Origin: Scyliorhinus canicula
Taxonomy: Eukaryota
Assembly (NCBI RefSeq): GCF_902713615.1
Contig: NC_052160.1
Span: 44,919,860 to 44,983,859 of the forward strand
DNA length: 64,000 nt
Direction of reading: 5' to 3'
A program made the position numbers and the translations under genes. Each line of letters starts with the position of its first letter. Positions within the stretch are counted from its first letter, which is position 1. Shown here in pieces: positions 23,721 through 37,528 of this stretch. Under the pieces are notes generated by a model. The model was not told the DNA's origin. It searched no databases and saw only the letters and a list, made by a program, of their open reading frames with translations.

Positions 23721-25149
23721 TTATCCAGTTGCATGCGATTGAAAGAAAGCTGCAAACACTGCTCCTCTTTGGAGTTGCTGCCGCAGTCACTGTGAGCCTA
23801 AGGATGCTGCACTTCCATCTCAGTGATTCAGACAACTTCCGAAACATGTGGATCCTGCAGTACTGCATGTGCAATGTCTTGGCAATAAGGAAAAACAAAA
23901 TTGTCCACTTGCTGCTGTCATTTTAGGTTATCATTATCTACAAGAGAGGAAAATATGGCTCTTATTTTTATAAAACTAGGAGCTCAACAATATTTTTTTT
24001 TGTGAACTCAGAGGTTGGTTTATTAGGCACTAATTGGTTGCTTGGATCCGCTGTCGGTGCGCAGGCTGATCAACATCAGCGACCAGTTCAAACTGGCCTC
24101 GGGTGCCAAGGTGAGTCGTGGTAAGAGCCAGGCCATGTTCTTTCGGAACTGGGCTGACTAATCCTTGCCCCCTTTACCATAAGGTCAGATTGCCTGAAAG
24201 TGCTTGAGATATGGTTCAGAGGGACCAGAGAATGCATTAGAAACTGGAAGGAGCAAGTTGGTAAAATTAAATAAAAACAAGATATGTGGGAGCGTCGCTC
24301 CCTCTCCATTGCAGGTAAGAACCTGGTCACCAGGTACGAGGCACTTGAGGTGACCTCAGCCACTTTTACCCTTCATTGTGCTGCCATCATGTCAATGAGT
24401 CTTCAATGACTTTCCGTTGTGCATTCGGCTTCTCCAACCTGCCGACTTGCAGACACAGCACGTGACCCATGTGATGTTGGGAATAACCCAATGCATTCTT
24501 AAAATAGTTTCCATTGACTTTTTAAGTGCCTCAATTGGCTTCTCACTGGAGCTATGGGGGCTCCCTGCTGCACTCACAACCCAGCCTTGGGAAAGGTAGA
24601 AGGGACATGTCAGGATCTCGACCCAACGCATTTTTTTTGCAATTTTCCTCAGCTGCCCTCAATCCCGCCTCCAACTGCATGGGAACGCTCCCCTCATCAC
24701 CTTCCTCATTTGCTTCCTCCTTTTCACTCTCTTATGCTTGGTGTTTATTCTCTTGTTCATCCCTTCCAACAAGTGTTCCTCTTGCTGCCTCCACGCTTGA
24801 TTCTAATTACGCTGGAAGTTTTGAGTCAATCTTCCTTTTGTTAATTCAATTTTGTGCTCCAGCCAAGCCCTAAATGTGCCCACCGGTGCCTATTTTAATA
24901 TATGGATCTGTTCAGTGAGCCTTTTGGCAACTACTTCACCATAGAAGTGGCATCATACTTCACAAACTGAATTTTACAAGCTTGGCGCGCAGGGTAGGCA
25001 GACTCACAGAGGTGGGACAGCCTTCCACTGTCGCTGGTGAGCCGAATTCAATCTATGGACATTTTGCTACGGTTTGTGTTCTTATTTCAATGCCTCCCAG
25101 TTTTTCTGTCAGTCATTTTTTTTGGGTGATGCAGCAGCTCATAAGGGCA

Positions 25150-26550
25150 CAGATTCGGAACAGGATCCTGCAGTAGGAAAGGCAGGTGGGGAAGGGTTTG
25201 GCGTTGCCAGATATGTTGTATTATTACTGGCCAGCTAATGCGGATAAGGTGTTGGGGTGATTTGGGATCAGGAGGTTAGCTGGGTACAGATGGAGTCAAG
25301 TAGTATCTGTCGTCTCATGTAAAGGGACGGTCTAGAGACCCTGTTGACAGCATCTCTGTTTTCCCCAGCAAAATATTGTGGTAGTCTCCACATTGAAAAT
25401 ATGACAGCAATTCCATCAGCATTTTAAGCTGAGGGCCGTGTCAAGGTGGGCCTCAATCTGTAGGACCCACTTACTTGAGCTGGCAAAATTGGATGTTACA
25501 TTCAGGGCATGGAAGGACAAGGGACTGAAGAGGTTGAGGGATTTGTTTCTGGAGGGACAGTTTGTGAGTTGGGAGGAGATGAAGGAGAAAGCAGAGCTTG
25601 GGGAACTGGAAAGGTTCAGATATTTCCAGATGCGGGATTTTTTTCAGAGGGTATTGCCCACTTTCCCGATGGCACTGCTGTCTACCTTGATGGAAAGAAT
25701 ACTCTCATGTGCGGGGTCAGAGGAGTGCAGCACATCTGGGATATATGGGCGGATCATGGGAGAAGAGAAGGTTTCGTGGATGAGGAGAAGGCCAGGTGGG
25801 AGGAGGAGCTACGACACATTTTGGAAGAGGAGGTGTGGAGTGAGTCCCTTCGTAGGGTGAATGCTATGTCATCCTGCGTGAGGTTGAGCTTGATATAGCT
25901 AAAGGTGGTGTTTAGGGTGCACCTCATCAGGGCCAGGAAAAGTCGATTTTCTGAGGGGGTCAAGAATAAGTGTGAGCGGTGCTCGAGAGGGCCTGCTCAC
26001 TACACACACATATTCTGGTCCTGACCCAGGCTAGTGGGCTTTTGAGGGTCCTATTTTTTGCACTATGTTGGCAATCCTGAGTATTGACTTAGAGCCCTAT
26101 ATTAGCTGTTGTATTTAGGGTGTCAGACCAGAGTTGAGGATGGTGGCAGGGCAGATGCACTGGCATTCGCATCACTGTTAGCCCGGCGACAAATACTACT
26201 GAGCTAGAGGCAGGCGACGCCACCCAGTGCCGAAGCATTGCTGGCGATTTGATGGAATTCTTGTACCTTGAGAAGGTCAAGATCACAGTGAGGGGGTCAA
26301 TCAATGGGTTCTATCGTAGATGACGGCCATTGAGATTGAACTTTAAAGATCTGGTCATTGTTAGCTGTTAGTGTGGGAAGGTGGGGGGAGGTTAGTGAGG
26401 GATGGACTGTTCTGGGTGGCATTTCAGTTACTGGGGTTCCTGTTACTGTGCTGCTTGTATTTTGTGATATATGAGTTGATACTGCTGTGTTTTGTAAACT
26501 TTTTGTTATAAAATGTTAACATTTTAATAAAAATTGTTTTTTAAAAAAGA
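25150..26550 (+). mobile_element. Old L1 3' fragment
   Basis: DLFLEGQFVSW..FRYFQMRDF and RRVNAMSSCVRLSLI; ends AATAAAAATTGTTTTTTAAAAAA. Confidence 0.85.
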
Positions 26551-26679
26551 GGCATCATAACCAAGTCAAGCATGTCTTTACAGCAAGGAGTTAGAATCTG
26601 AATTACATGTCACTTTCTGGTCCAATATGGGGGGTTTGCAAAAAAGGTCAGGTTCAGAAACACAGAATTCAGTGTTGCA

Positions 26680-28590
26680 AAATGCCTCCGTATTTTCTGC
26701 AATAGCCTACCGTGGGGAACCTTATCAAACGCTTTACTGAAATCCATATACACCACATCAACTGCTTTACCCTCATCCATCTGTTTGGTCACCTTCTCAA
26801 AGAACTCAATAAGGTTTGTGAGGCACGACCTACCCTTCACAAAACCATATTGACTATTTCTAATCAAATTATTCCTTTCCAGATGACTATACATCCTATC
26901 TCTTATAAACCTTTCCAATACTTTGCCCACAACAGAAGTAAGGCTCACTGGTCTATAGTTACCGGGGTTGTCTCTACTCCCCTTCTTGAACAATGGGACA
27001 GCATTTGCTATCCTCCAGTCTTCTGGCACTATTCCTGTAGACAAAGATGACTTAAAGATCAAAGCCAAAGGCTCAGCAATCTCCTCCCTAGCCTCCCAGA
27101 GAATCCTAAGATAAATCCCATCCGGCCCAGGGGACTCATCTATTTTAACACTTTCTAGAATCGCTAACACCTCCTCCTTATGAACCTCAAGCCCTTCTAG
27201 TCTAGTAGCCTGTATCTCAGTTTTCTCCTCGACAACATTGTCTTTTTCCTGTGTGAATACTGATGAAAAATATTAATTTAGCACCTCTCCTATCTCCTCG
27301 GACTCCATGCACAACTTCCCACTACTGTCCTTGACTGGCCCTACTCTTACCCTAGTCATTCTTTTATTCCTGACATATCTATAGAAAGCTTTAGGGTTAT
27401 CCTTGATCCTACATGCCAAAGACTTCTCATGTCCCCTCCTGGCTCTTCTTAGCTCTCTCTTTAGATCCTTCCTAACTAACTTGTAACTCTCGAGTGCCCT
27501 AACTGAACCTTCACGTCTCATCTTTACATAAGCCTCCTTCTTCCTCTTGACAAGTGTTTCAACTGCTTTAGTAAACCACGGTTCCCTCGCTCGACCACTT
27601 CCTCCCTGCCTGACAGGTACATACTTATCAAGGACACGCAATAGCTGTTCCTTGAACATGCTCCACATTTCCATTGTGCCCATCCCCTGCAGTTTTCCTC
27701 TCCATCCGATGCATCCTAAGTCTTGCCTCATCGCATCATAATTGCCTTTCCCCCAGCAATAACTCTTGCCCTGCGGTTTATACCTATCCCTTTCCATCAC
27801 TAAAGTAAACGTAATCGAATTGTGGTCACTATCACCAAAGTGCTCACCTACCTCCAAATCTAACACCTGTCCTGGTTCATTACCCAGTACCAAATCCAAT
27901 ACGGCCTCGCCTCTCGTTGGCCTATCTACATACTGCATCAGGAAACCCTCCTGCACACATTGGACAAAAACGGACCCATCTAAAGTACTCAAACTATAGT
28001 GTTTCCAGTCAATATTTGGAAAGTTAAAGTCCCCCATAACAACTACCCTGTTACTTTCACTCCTATGCAGAATCATCTTTGCAATCCTTTCCTCTACATC
28101 TCTGGAACTTTTCGGAGGCCTATAGAAAACCCCTAAGAGGGTGACCTCTCCTTTCCTGTTTCTAACCTCAGCCCATACTACCTCAGTAGACGAGTCCTCA
28201 TCAAACGTCCTTTCTGCCACTGTAATACTGTCCTTGACTAACAATGCCACCCCTCCTCCTCTCTTACCACCTTCCCTGAGTTTACTGAAATATCTAAACC
28301 CCGGCACCTGCAACAACCATTCCTCTCCCTGCTCTACCCATGTCTCCGAAATGGCCACAACATCGAAGTCCCAGGTACCAACCCATGCCGCAAGTTCACC
28401 CACCTTATTCCGGATGCTCCTGGCATTGAAGTAGACGCACTTTAAACCACCTTCTTTCCTGCCGGTACACTCCTGCAACTTTGAAACCTTACTCATGACC
28501 TCACTACTCTCAACCTCCTGTGTACTGGAGCTACAATTCAGGTTCCCAATCCCCTGCTGAACTAGTTTAAACCCTCCCGAAGAGCGGAGG
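26680..28590 (-). mobile_element. CR1-clade LINE ORF2 5' half (APE endonuclease plus RT start), truncated at both ends
   Basis: YFNARSI, ISETW, FYRPP, MGDFN, SDH (27273-28496) and [26 protein letters not shown] (26610-27170). Confidence 0.92.
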
Positions 28591-30207
28591 ATTGGGAGCT
28601 GGGACAGGAGAATATTGGAATCGTTGAAAACTTAAGTAACCAGGATGCTAATTTGATTGGGCAGCTATAAAATTCTGGAAAGAATTTGCATTTGCAATAT
28701 CAGGATTTGCCATGGTGCTTTATAGCCAGTGAAGTACTTTTGAAGTGTAGTCACTATTTTAATGTAGAACTAGCCTAGAGTGCAGTCCACATGGTCTGGT
28801 TTATTTTCCTCTTTTAGTACCCGAGTCTTATTTGGAATGTTTAAGATCCTTATTATTTCTGCAGCCTTTCCTGGAACTTACGCCTGTGTTTGAGAAATTG
28901 AGCCTATGTGAAAATCAACATTTAGAAAGGTAATGAGAAGAGAAGATTTGTAAGCCTGCGGGGAAAGAGAAAGGAAGTGGCACTAATTGGATAGCCCTTT
29001 CAAGAATCAGCACAGGCACAGGCAAATGGGCTGAATGGCGACCTTCTTAGGGGTACGACTCTACCCCCTACCACCCCATCTCCCCAACGCCCGTCACTGA
29101 TGTCATGTCTTTGAATATCAATTTCACTATTTAGAACCACTAGGGTTCCTAACATTTCGCTGAAAAGAATAAGTATATAACTAAGAAAAGTAAACATCAA
29201 CTTAACAAACAAACCTTAAAGTGGATAAATGAGCTAACTGGAAGGCAAGAATAAATAAACTGCACAAAGCATATGGTAAGAGGAGGAGGAGTGTAGGAAT
29301 TTACTGAAACAGATTAAAATATATCAAAGGAGGTATAAAAGGGCCCAGGAGAGAAGGTGAACAACAGATGTTAAACACAGTACTAAACAATCTTCCAGTA
29401 TTACGAGACAAACAGAACAATTAGAGAGGGAATGAGAATTCTAAATTATGTATGACATTGATTATGAAGAAACTAATTATCAGAATTAATGTGGCATTGA
29501 GTTGACCTTTGACACAAACTGTGACTTGGCTCAGATCGGTTCTGTTCCTCACTTGCATCCTCCTCATCATTTTCTGTTACTTGATATCATTCTCCTCATC
29601 TCTTTGCCACATTCTGTAGCTGCCATTTGTCTTATTCTTGATGCTTTGCAGATTGTTCATTTTCTCTGTTTTACAAAGTTTCATCCCTCCTCTCCCAGAC
29701 ATATTGCAACATCCCTCAGATACACTGGAACATAAATTTACTTCCCTCAGATACAATGGAACATATTAAATATTAAATAGATATGCCTGAACACGTTCCA
29801 CTCCCTTCCGATACACCAAACATTCTCCTACTTTCCTTAGATTTTAAACTCCTTCTAATATATCTGAACATATTGTAACTGCTATCAGTGACTGTATATC
29901 ATTGTGCATCCAAGCAGGCTTCAACTTCACTCACATTCCTGAACATGCTCTTGCATCTCAGGGACTCACTGGCACCAGCTGCTCTCTGGCTCCTGTCTTG
30001 TAATACTGGCACTCTTCAGTTCTCTACTTATTGTTGATCAATCAGACCTGGCATCAGGTTGCAGCCCTTGGCTAGAACAAGCTTGAGGCTCAGGAAAGGG
30101 AAGGGAGTTCAGGCACAGAAGTTTCGGCTCCATCAATGAACAGTGTCGATGTCCACAGCAGCAGGAGACAGACAGGAGACGGGAATTGCAGGCAGTATTC
30201 TCAGAGT

Positions 30208-30258
30208 ATGGAGAGAAGCAGGCGGATCGCAAATACCCTGAAGGGTGTTTTCCCATTC
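30208..30258 (+). CDS. BRICD5: BRICD5 exon 1 (MERSRRIANTLKGVFPF)
   Basis: ATG, 17 codons, phase-0 donor TTC|GTGAGT, in frame with the next exon. Confidence 0.7.
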
Positions 30259-30792
30259 GTGAGTATTAAGTATCAGTGACATTCTAGGATCCACTGTTAC
30301 CTTAAATTGGGTGGGGTGGGGGCAGGTGCAGAGGGGATTTTCTTCATGTTCAGTATGCAGTACATGACTAACAACACCATAGGTTGGCTGAGCTGGTGAG
30401 AAAACGCTTAGTGCCAGTGACTAGTCTCTTTGATAGCTGCCAGTTTTATGATTTCAGAACCCTGGACTTTAATGTCAAGTAGGGTTGGGCTGAATGCTCA
30501 GTCACACAGGACTGCAGCAGGTTTCACAGAAGCTGATGCTCCACAATGGGCTCAGTCAATGGGTCCTCAGAGACTCTTCGCATTTGATTCTGGTTGAGAC
30601 TCGTGCTTGTCTGGCAGCAAAGAAAGACTTCCTTTCTGAGCAGGTCATCCCACAGACATGGGATCCACTTCCTCTTCATTCCTGCAATTTCAGAAATTAA
30701 TTCCATCTCAATCAACAAATCTGATTGAAAGTTGTGCCTATTCTGCAGAACCAACGTCCAAACTCTTTCTCCCTACACTGTCCCCACTGTAG

Positions 30793-30930
30793 GTGCAAGC
30801 AGATCACTTGGGAGCCAAAGCCGGGATTGGGCTGCGCATCTTGTGGGGAGCTTTACTTTTGCTGGTCGTGGCTGCAGTTATCGGGGTCTCAGCCGTGGGC
30901 ATCCTGAATCTGAGAGGAAACAACCGGCAG
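30793..30930 (+). CDS. BRICD5: BRICD5 exon 2, type II transmembrane segment (VQADHLGAKAGIGLRILWGALLLLVVAAVIGVSAVGILNLRGNNRQ)
   Basis: CTGTAG acceptor, CAG|GTAAGT donor, 138 nt phase 0/0, hydrophobic helix. Confidence 0.88.
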
Positions 30931-33249
30931 GTAAGTTAAACCCTCTGATTTACTCCTTTCCTGCCCTCCAGGCTCAGGGTAATGGACAGTCGAGTTAGGA
31001 AAGTGGAAAGATGCTGGAGGCTGAAGAGGAATTGGTCAGTTGCGAGGTAAATTTGAGAGACTACAGTTCTTTACAACAAACTGGGAATGTTAGAAACAGA
31101 CAGGAACTGAACAAGGGGATCAGCTCAGAACTTATAAATGTTTACAAGAAGCTGGATCATTTCTCAGATTCTGAATTAGCTGCTGTGTTTCCTGGAGTTT
31201 CTCATTCTATCTCCGCCCCAAGTGTGTGGCTTTGGCTTGACATCTTACACACCCAAGTTACCTGTTCCAAGCACAAAACATTGCATTTTATTTCAACTAA
31301 TGGTTCATTTGGGTTCATTTAGAAACACTTTGAACTATTGTGAGATTTTTGATCCACAGAATAATATAGCACAGGAGGCTATACTAAGATAACCTCCAGG
31401 TGGTGCTTTTTTGAGTATGGTGGTTCCTGATTGTATGTTTTCTGTAAGTTTTAGTTCCTTGGGCATATTCTGTACTGTTTTAAATGACTGAGGTTGCTTC
31501 TTTTATTTCCAGCGTTAACTCTGTAGAATGTAATAAAAATGCATGGTTAATGCATTGAATTTCAAGACTTCTGTAACTGAATTCAAATTAGTCTTTTAGT
31601 AGTACAGAAATTGAATGTTGCTGAAAAAAGAGACGCCTATCTAAGCTTTTCATCTTGCGCTCATCTTGGCCGTTCGCAAGATTACCAACAGTAATTTACA
31701 CTGTTTTAAAAAAATTTAGAGTACCCAATTCATTTTGTTCCAATTAAGGGGCAATTTAGCGTGGCCAATCCACCTAGCCTGCACATCTTTGGGTTGTGGG
31801 GGCGAAACCCACGCAAACAAAGGAAGATTGTGCAAACTCCACATGGACAGTGACCCAGAGCAGGTATCGAACCTGGGACCTCAGCGCCGTGAAGCAGCAT
31901 TGCTAACCACTGCACCACCATGCTGCCATTACACTGTTGATTGGTTTGCACGCGGACTCTGCTTGGTGAACACAGCAGGGAACAGTTAATGGCCAAGGTT
32001 TTGCTTAAATTCAAACCAGGTAGGTCATTTATGACTGGTCAAGTCATTGCCATGGCGAATGAACCAGGGAATGGCTGTCCCCTGAGCTTTGTTCACTTGA
32101 AAAAGGGGCAATATGTGAACATGCTCTTTCCGCATTCAAAGGACAATGACCTGTGCGCGAATATATGTGGTTTCTAGCATCCATGCGTAAGTGAGCCATA
32201 CTGTGAGCCCGACTGATAATCTTACATCGCCGTTCAGTTCATTCTTAACAACAGGCAAAATGGCGACCGTATCCAAACAGCCCGTGATTGCAAAACTCAA
32301 AACATAGTGTCCAACATTGGATGTAATTCCACAATTCAACAACATTTGCTAAAAATTAATATTTCTGCTAGAGCGGCCTGCCTGGTCTTGTGATCTTTCC
32401 TGATGTGTGCAAGACTCAAATCGTCAAAGTTTAGTGGGATTTGAACTCGGGCCGCTAAAGTAGTACTCCAGTTGAGGAAGAAAGAACTTGCATTTATATA
32501 AAGCTTTGGTATCCCAAGGCACTTTACAACCAATAAAGTACATAATGTAGGAAATTAAACAGCAAATTTGCATACAGTAAGCTCTCACAAACAGCAATGA
32601 GACAAATGGTCAGGTAATCAGTTTTTAGTGATGTTGGCTAAGGGAGAAATATTGGATAGGCCACCAGGAGAATTCTATGCCAGTCAAAACACTGTGGTGG
32701 CAGGTTTTATGTCTATCTGCGACGACAGACGGGGTCTTGCTTTAAAATCTCATCCGAAAGACAGAACCTCCAACAGTGCAGCACTTCCATGGTACTATAA
32801 TGCCAGCCTATATTTAACATTAAAGTTAGGGCAGCACGGTGGCCTAGTGGTTAGCACTGCTGCCTCATGGCGCCAATGTCCCAGGTTTGGTCCCGGCTCT
32901 GAGTCACTGTCCGTGTGGAATTTGCACATTTTCCCCCTGTTTGCGTGGGTTTCGCCCCCACAACCCAAAAGATGTGCAAGGTCGGTGGATTGGTCACGCT
33001 AAATTGCCCCTTAATTGGAAAAAATTAATTGGGTACTCTAAATTGTTTTTTTAAAAATCAAAAAAATTAAAGTCTTTGCAGTGGAACTTAAATCCGCAAC
33101 TTTACTGTGTGAGACATAAGAGTTCTACTCATTGATCCACTGCTGCCACCTTGTTTCCCAGGTAAACCCACCAGCTAGTTCAATATTCTCAGTATTTACT
33201 TGCACTGGTCCTGTTCATGCTGTAAGCTCATCTCCATTCTCCATGGAGA

Positions 33250-34140
33250 AACAATATAAAATAAGAGGCCAAATTCTGAAGGGAGTGCAGAATCAGAGCG
33301 ACATGGGTGCATATATCATTGAAAGTGTCAGGATAGTTGGACAGAGCAGTTAATAAAACATATGGTAATCTGGGCTTTATTAATAGGAGCATAGGGTTTA
33401 AGAGCAAGGGGGCTATGCTGAACTTATACAAGACACTAGTTAAACGTCACCTGGAGTATTGTGTAGTTCTGGAAACAACTTAGGAAGGATGTGAGCGTAT
33501 TGGAGCTAGTGCAGAAGAGGTTTACGAGAATAGTTCCAGGGATGAGAACTTCAGTTATGAGGATAGATTGCACAGTGGGCTAAACAGCTGGCTTGTAATG
33601 CAGAACAAGGCCAGCAGCGCGGGTTCAATTCCCGTACCAGCCTCCCCTAACAGGTGGCGGAATGTGGCGGCTAGGGGCTTTTCATAGTAACTTCATTGAA
33701 GCCTACTTGTGACAATAAGCGATTATTATTATTAGATTGTAGAGGTTGAGACTGTCCTCTTTGGAGAGAAGGCCAAGAGGAGATTTGAGAGAGATATTCA
33801 AAATCATGAGGGGACTGGACAGTGTAGACAGGGAGAAACTGTACCCACTCGTGAAAGGATCAAGATAAGAGGGCACAGATTGTGGTCTTCAAAAAAATCA
33901 AATTTGATATGAGAAAAACCTTTTTCCTCTCAGTGAGTGGTTTGGGTTTGGAATGCATTGCCTGGATGTGTGGTGGAAACAGGTTCAGTTGAGACATTCA
34001 AGAGGACATTAGAGGACTACTTGAATAGTGTGCAGGGGTACGGGAAAAATAAGGTAATGTCACCAAGTCAGATGCTCATTTGGAGAGCCGGTGCAGACAT
34101 GATGGGCTGAATGGCCTCCCGCTGCACTGTAACAAATCTG
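33250..34140 (+). mobile_element. Decayed CR1 3' fragment with internal SINE
   Basis: LYKTLVKRHLEYCV-like segment and CR1 tail GATGGGCTGAATGGCCTCC. Confidence 0.75.
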
Positions 34141-34346
34141 AGATTGAGAAGTTTATCCATTCATGCACAATGCATACACTTGCTTACACATTTTTTTTCA
34201 CCCGATCTGTGTGCATTTGTGTTGTTTTTGCTCTAAAAAAAGTGTTGTCCTTTGATGCAATTCAGTAAAACCAAGATCGAGGAGATCATAGCCACTGGGT
34301 TGAAGTTTTCTCTGGTTTTAATATTCGAGCTTCTGCTTCTCCCCAG

Positions 34347-34484
34347 GTTGTGCAGATAACATTTCACGATGTACAAGGTGCCATAATCAGTCAGTCAGCG
34401 GTTGTGAACGAGGAGGAGGATCTGGTAACTTACCACAGAATGGACAGGAACCACACAACCGTGGTGCTGTTTGACAGCAAGAAT
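34347..34484 (+). CDS. BRICD5: BRICD5 exon 3 (VVQITFHDVQGAIISQSAVVNEEEDLVTYHRMDRNHTTVVLFDSKN)
   Basis: CTTCTCCCCAG acceptor, AAT|GTGAGT donor, 138 nt; V(V)LFD contains the conserved BRICHOS Asp. Confidence 0.9.
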
Positions 34485-35287
34485 GTGAGTAAGGGACTGA
34501 GGTGGCTCTATCGATGAGCAATGTTTTATATATTAAGTTACGAGTTGCTGCTTGGAACTCTCTCAGACGAATCCTCAGACTGCAACTGGAGGAGGCTCGG
34601 TTACAGGGATTTTTGTTTTAGCACAAAATAGGCAAATTAGTTCAATGGGTCTGCTTCACATTGCTTCTCCTTGCACCTTACTTCATCTGGCCCAACCAGC
34701 ATGTCCTCCGTTTCTCCCTCATTATTTAACAAGCTGTCCCCTATAGGGTATGTATATATTCTTCAACAACACCCTGCAGAAGTGAGTTCGACATTCTAAA
34801 CACTCCCTAGGTAAACTAGTATCTCCTGAATTCGCTATTGGATTTTTTAATGACTGTTTCATTTTAATTGTCCCCCTAGTTTGGACTTCCCCTGAAATGG
34901 AAGCCTCTTCTAGGCTGGAAACATGGATGTCTGGGTTTCCCTGTATTCTGTGGAGGTTTAGCTCCACCGTGTGTGACTTTTCTTCACAGATTTCCCCGCC
35001 TGGAAGTCAGTCTGAGTGACAGGCCTGATTTCCACTCGAGCAGGAAAGAAAAATTCCAGAGCAGCTGTTAGGAGCAGGTAGGGCGGGTTTTACTAAAATA
35101 AAAGGAAAATGCTGCGGATGCTGGAAATCTGAAATACAAACAGAAAATGATGGATAAACTCAGCAGATCTGGCAGCATCTGTGGAGGGGGAAACTGTGTT
35201 AAAATTTCGGATCTAAATGATCCTTTTATTGTTGTTCCTGAGAGGGTGGTAGGGTTGGGCTGGATGTCCGATGCACAAGCCCAATTC

Positions 35288-35289
<2 letters not shown>

Positions 35290-35318
<29 letters not shown>
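35290..35318 (+). repeat. (TG)n microsatellite
   Basis: About 14-15 TG units. Confidence 0.95.
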
Positions 35319-35320
<2 letters not shown>

Positions 35321-36267
35321 AGCTGGGGAAGCATTGCTGCTATCCGGACACTTTTAAAAAAAATGTAAAGTGCTCAATTCATTTTTTTTTTCAATTAAGG
35401 GGCAATTTAGTGTTGCTGATCCACCTACCCTGCACATCTTTGGGTTGTGGGAGTGAGACCCACGCAGACACGGTGAGAATATGCAAACTCCACACAGTGA
35501 CCCGGGTCCCTGGCGCTGTGAGGCAGCAGTGCTAACCACTGCGCCACCCCGCTATCCAGACACTTAATTCTTCGTAGCTCAGATGATCAAGCCTCAACCA
35601 GCCTTATTTAAATTACCAACCAAACTCCTGAGAGCAGCTTGTCTGTCCACTCCTTCTTTTGTTAAACCCGGCAAGGGGGGGGGGGGGGGGGGGGGGGGCG
35701 TGAGGTCAGATTTGAGATTCTTTAACATTTTATTATCTCACCCGACCTCAGCACCCCACCAGTTTCTGGGTCTTCAACTTCATTCCATAAAATGAAATGA
35801 AATGATTAAATGAAATGGAAATCGCTTATTGTCACAAGTAGGCTTCAAATGAAGTTACTGTGAAAAGCCCCTAGTCACCACATTCCGGTGCCTGTTCGGG
35901 GAGGCTGGTACGAGAATTGAACCGTGCTGCTGGCCTGCCTGGTTCTGCTTTCAAAGCCAGCGATTTAGCACCTGTGCTAAACCAGCCACTTCAAACTCTC
36001 AACTTTGTAACTTTTAAAAAGAAATTAGAGTACCCAATTCTTTTTTTTCCAATTAAGGGACAATTTAGCGTGGCCAATCCGCCTACTCTGCACATGTTTT
36101 TGGGATGTGGGGTGAGTCCCACGCAGACACGGGAAGAATGTGCAAACTCCACACAGACAGAACTTTTTAAACTTCTGACTCACCAGAAGACCAGAATGAC
36201 CAAGTGCCCCATATTTTAAGGGACTGTCCCTTATTTTGACTGTTTGTCTCATGTCCCTTATGGGTCA

Positions 36268-37106
36268 CTTTTTGTCCCTCAATTCTAGGGCAGCCTGAGG
36301 AAGACTGATCCGGGGAGTTTTCAGTGTATGTTTGAATGATTCGATCGGAAGTGAATCAGGGGGGGCCTCACGGTAGCATGGTGGTTAGCATCAATGCTTC
36401 ACAGCTCCAGGGTCCCAGGTTCGATTCCCGGCTGGGTCACTGTCTGTGTGGAGTCTGCACATTCTCCCCGTGTGTGCGTGGGTTTCCTCCGGGTGCTCCG
36501 GTTTCCTCCCACGTTCCAAAGATGTGCGGGTTAGGTGGATTGGCCATGCTAAATTGCCCGTAGTGTAAGGTTAATGGGGGGATTGTTGGGTTACGGGTAT
36601 ACGGGTTAAGTAGGGTGATCATTGCTCGGCACAACATCGAGGGCCGAAGGGCCTGTTCTGTGCTGTACTGTTCTATGAATAGGCCAGCCCGCAAAGAGAT
36701 GATAAAATTGTGGCGCAACAGGATCCTGCCCCTATTGTCCCATGGTTGAAGAGTCCCTCATTTCATTTGAGTTGGTCACCCTGCGCGAGAGATCTGTTAA
36801 TATTTCAAAATAACAAAATCCCCAACCACTGCAACACTTCTGCAACCCATTTTGAAAAGAAATGAAGTCACCGAGAAAAAGCAGTCCAGCAACAGAATGT
36901 GACCGAAACCCCAGGCCCGTGATTTTTTCAAACCTTCTGTCACTGCTCATTAAAACCATCCAGAACTCTGTTTATCCTGTTGCGCCACAATTTTATCATC
37001 TCTTTGCGGGCTGGCCTATTCACTTCCGATCGAATCATTCAAACATACACTGAAAACTCCCCGGATCAGTCTTCCTCAGGCTGCCCTAGAATTGAGGGAC
37101 AAAAAG
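36268..37106. repeat. Exact 133-bp inverted duplication; left arm split by a SINE
   Basis: 36268-36356 plus 36681-36724 equals the reverse complement of 36974-37106; no mismatch found. Confidence 0.93.
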
Positions 37107-37420
37107 CCCCCTCGGGGATATGACATGCACGGAGTCTGAAGAATAATTTTTTCATTAAGGGGCAACTTAGTGTGGCCAATCCACCTACTCTGCACACCTT
37201 TGGGTTGTGAGGGTGGGACCCACGAAGACACGGGGAGAATGTGCAAAATCCAAACTGACAGTGGCCCGGGGATGGGGTCGAACCAGGATCCTCGACACTG
37301 TGAGCATGCCGTTGAAAGCCTGCGAAATATATGAATTTCTTGCTTTAACTGAGGAGTGCTGAGGTAAAGTGCCGAGTGTCATATGCACACAGACTGAACA
37401 ATTTTTCTGCCCCTCAACAG

Positions 37421-37528
37421 GGTTTAGTTTGTTACCAGCCTGGAGGAAGTAACATCTGTCTAGTTCGGAAAATGCTGGCTGTCGACCAGGAAAATATTCA
37501 CACTGTCATCACTGCCCAAGAGCAGAAG
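37421..37528 (+). CDS. BRICD5: BRICD5 exon 4 (GLVCYQPGGSNICLVRKMLAVDQENIHTVITAQEQK)
   Basis: CAACAG acceptor, AAG|GTAAGG donor, 108 nt; G.(I/V)CY.P....C BRICHOS motif. Confidence 0.92.

Noticed and set aside
23950-25150. Repeat-like region with short ORFs
   Set aside because: Probably a decayed DNA transposon, but I could not find ends or diagnostic motifs.
36191-36260. hAT-like terminal sequence next to the inverted repeat
   Set aside because: Only a degenerate resemblance, with no matching second end or 8-bp TSD found.
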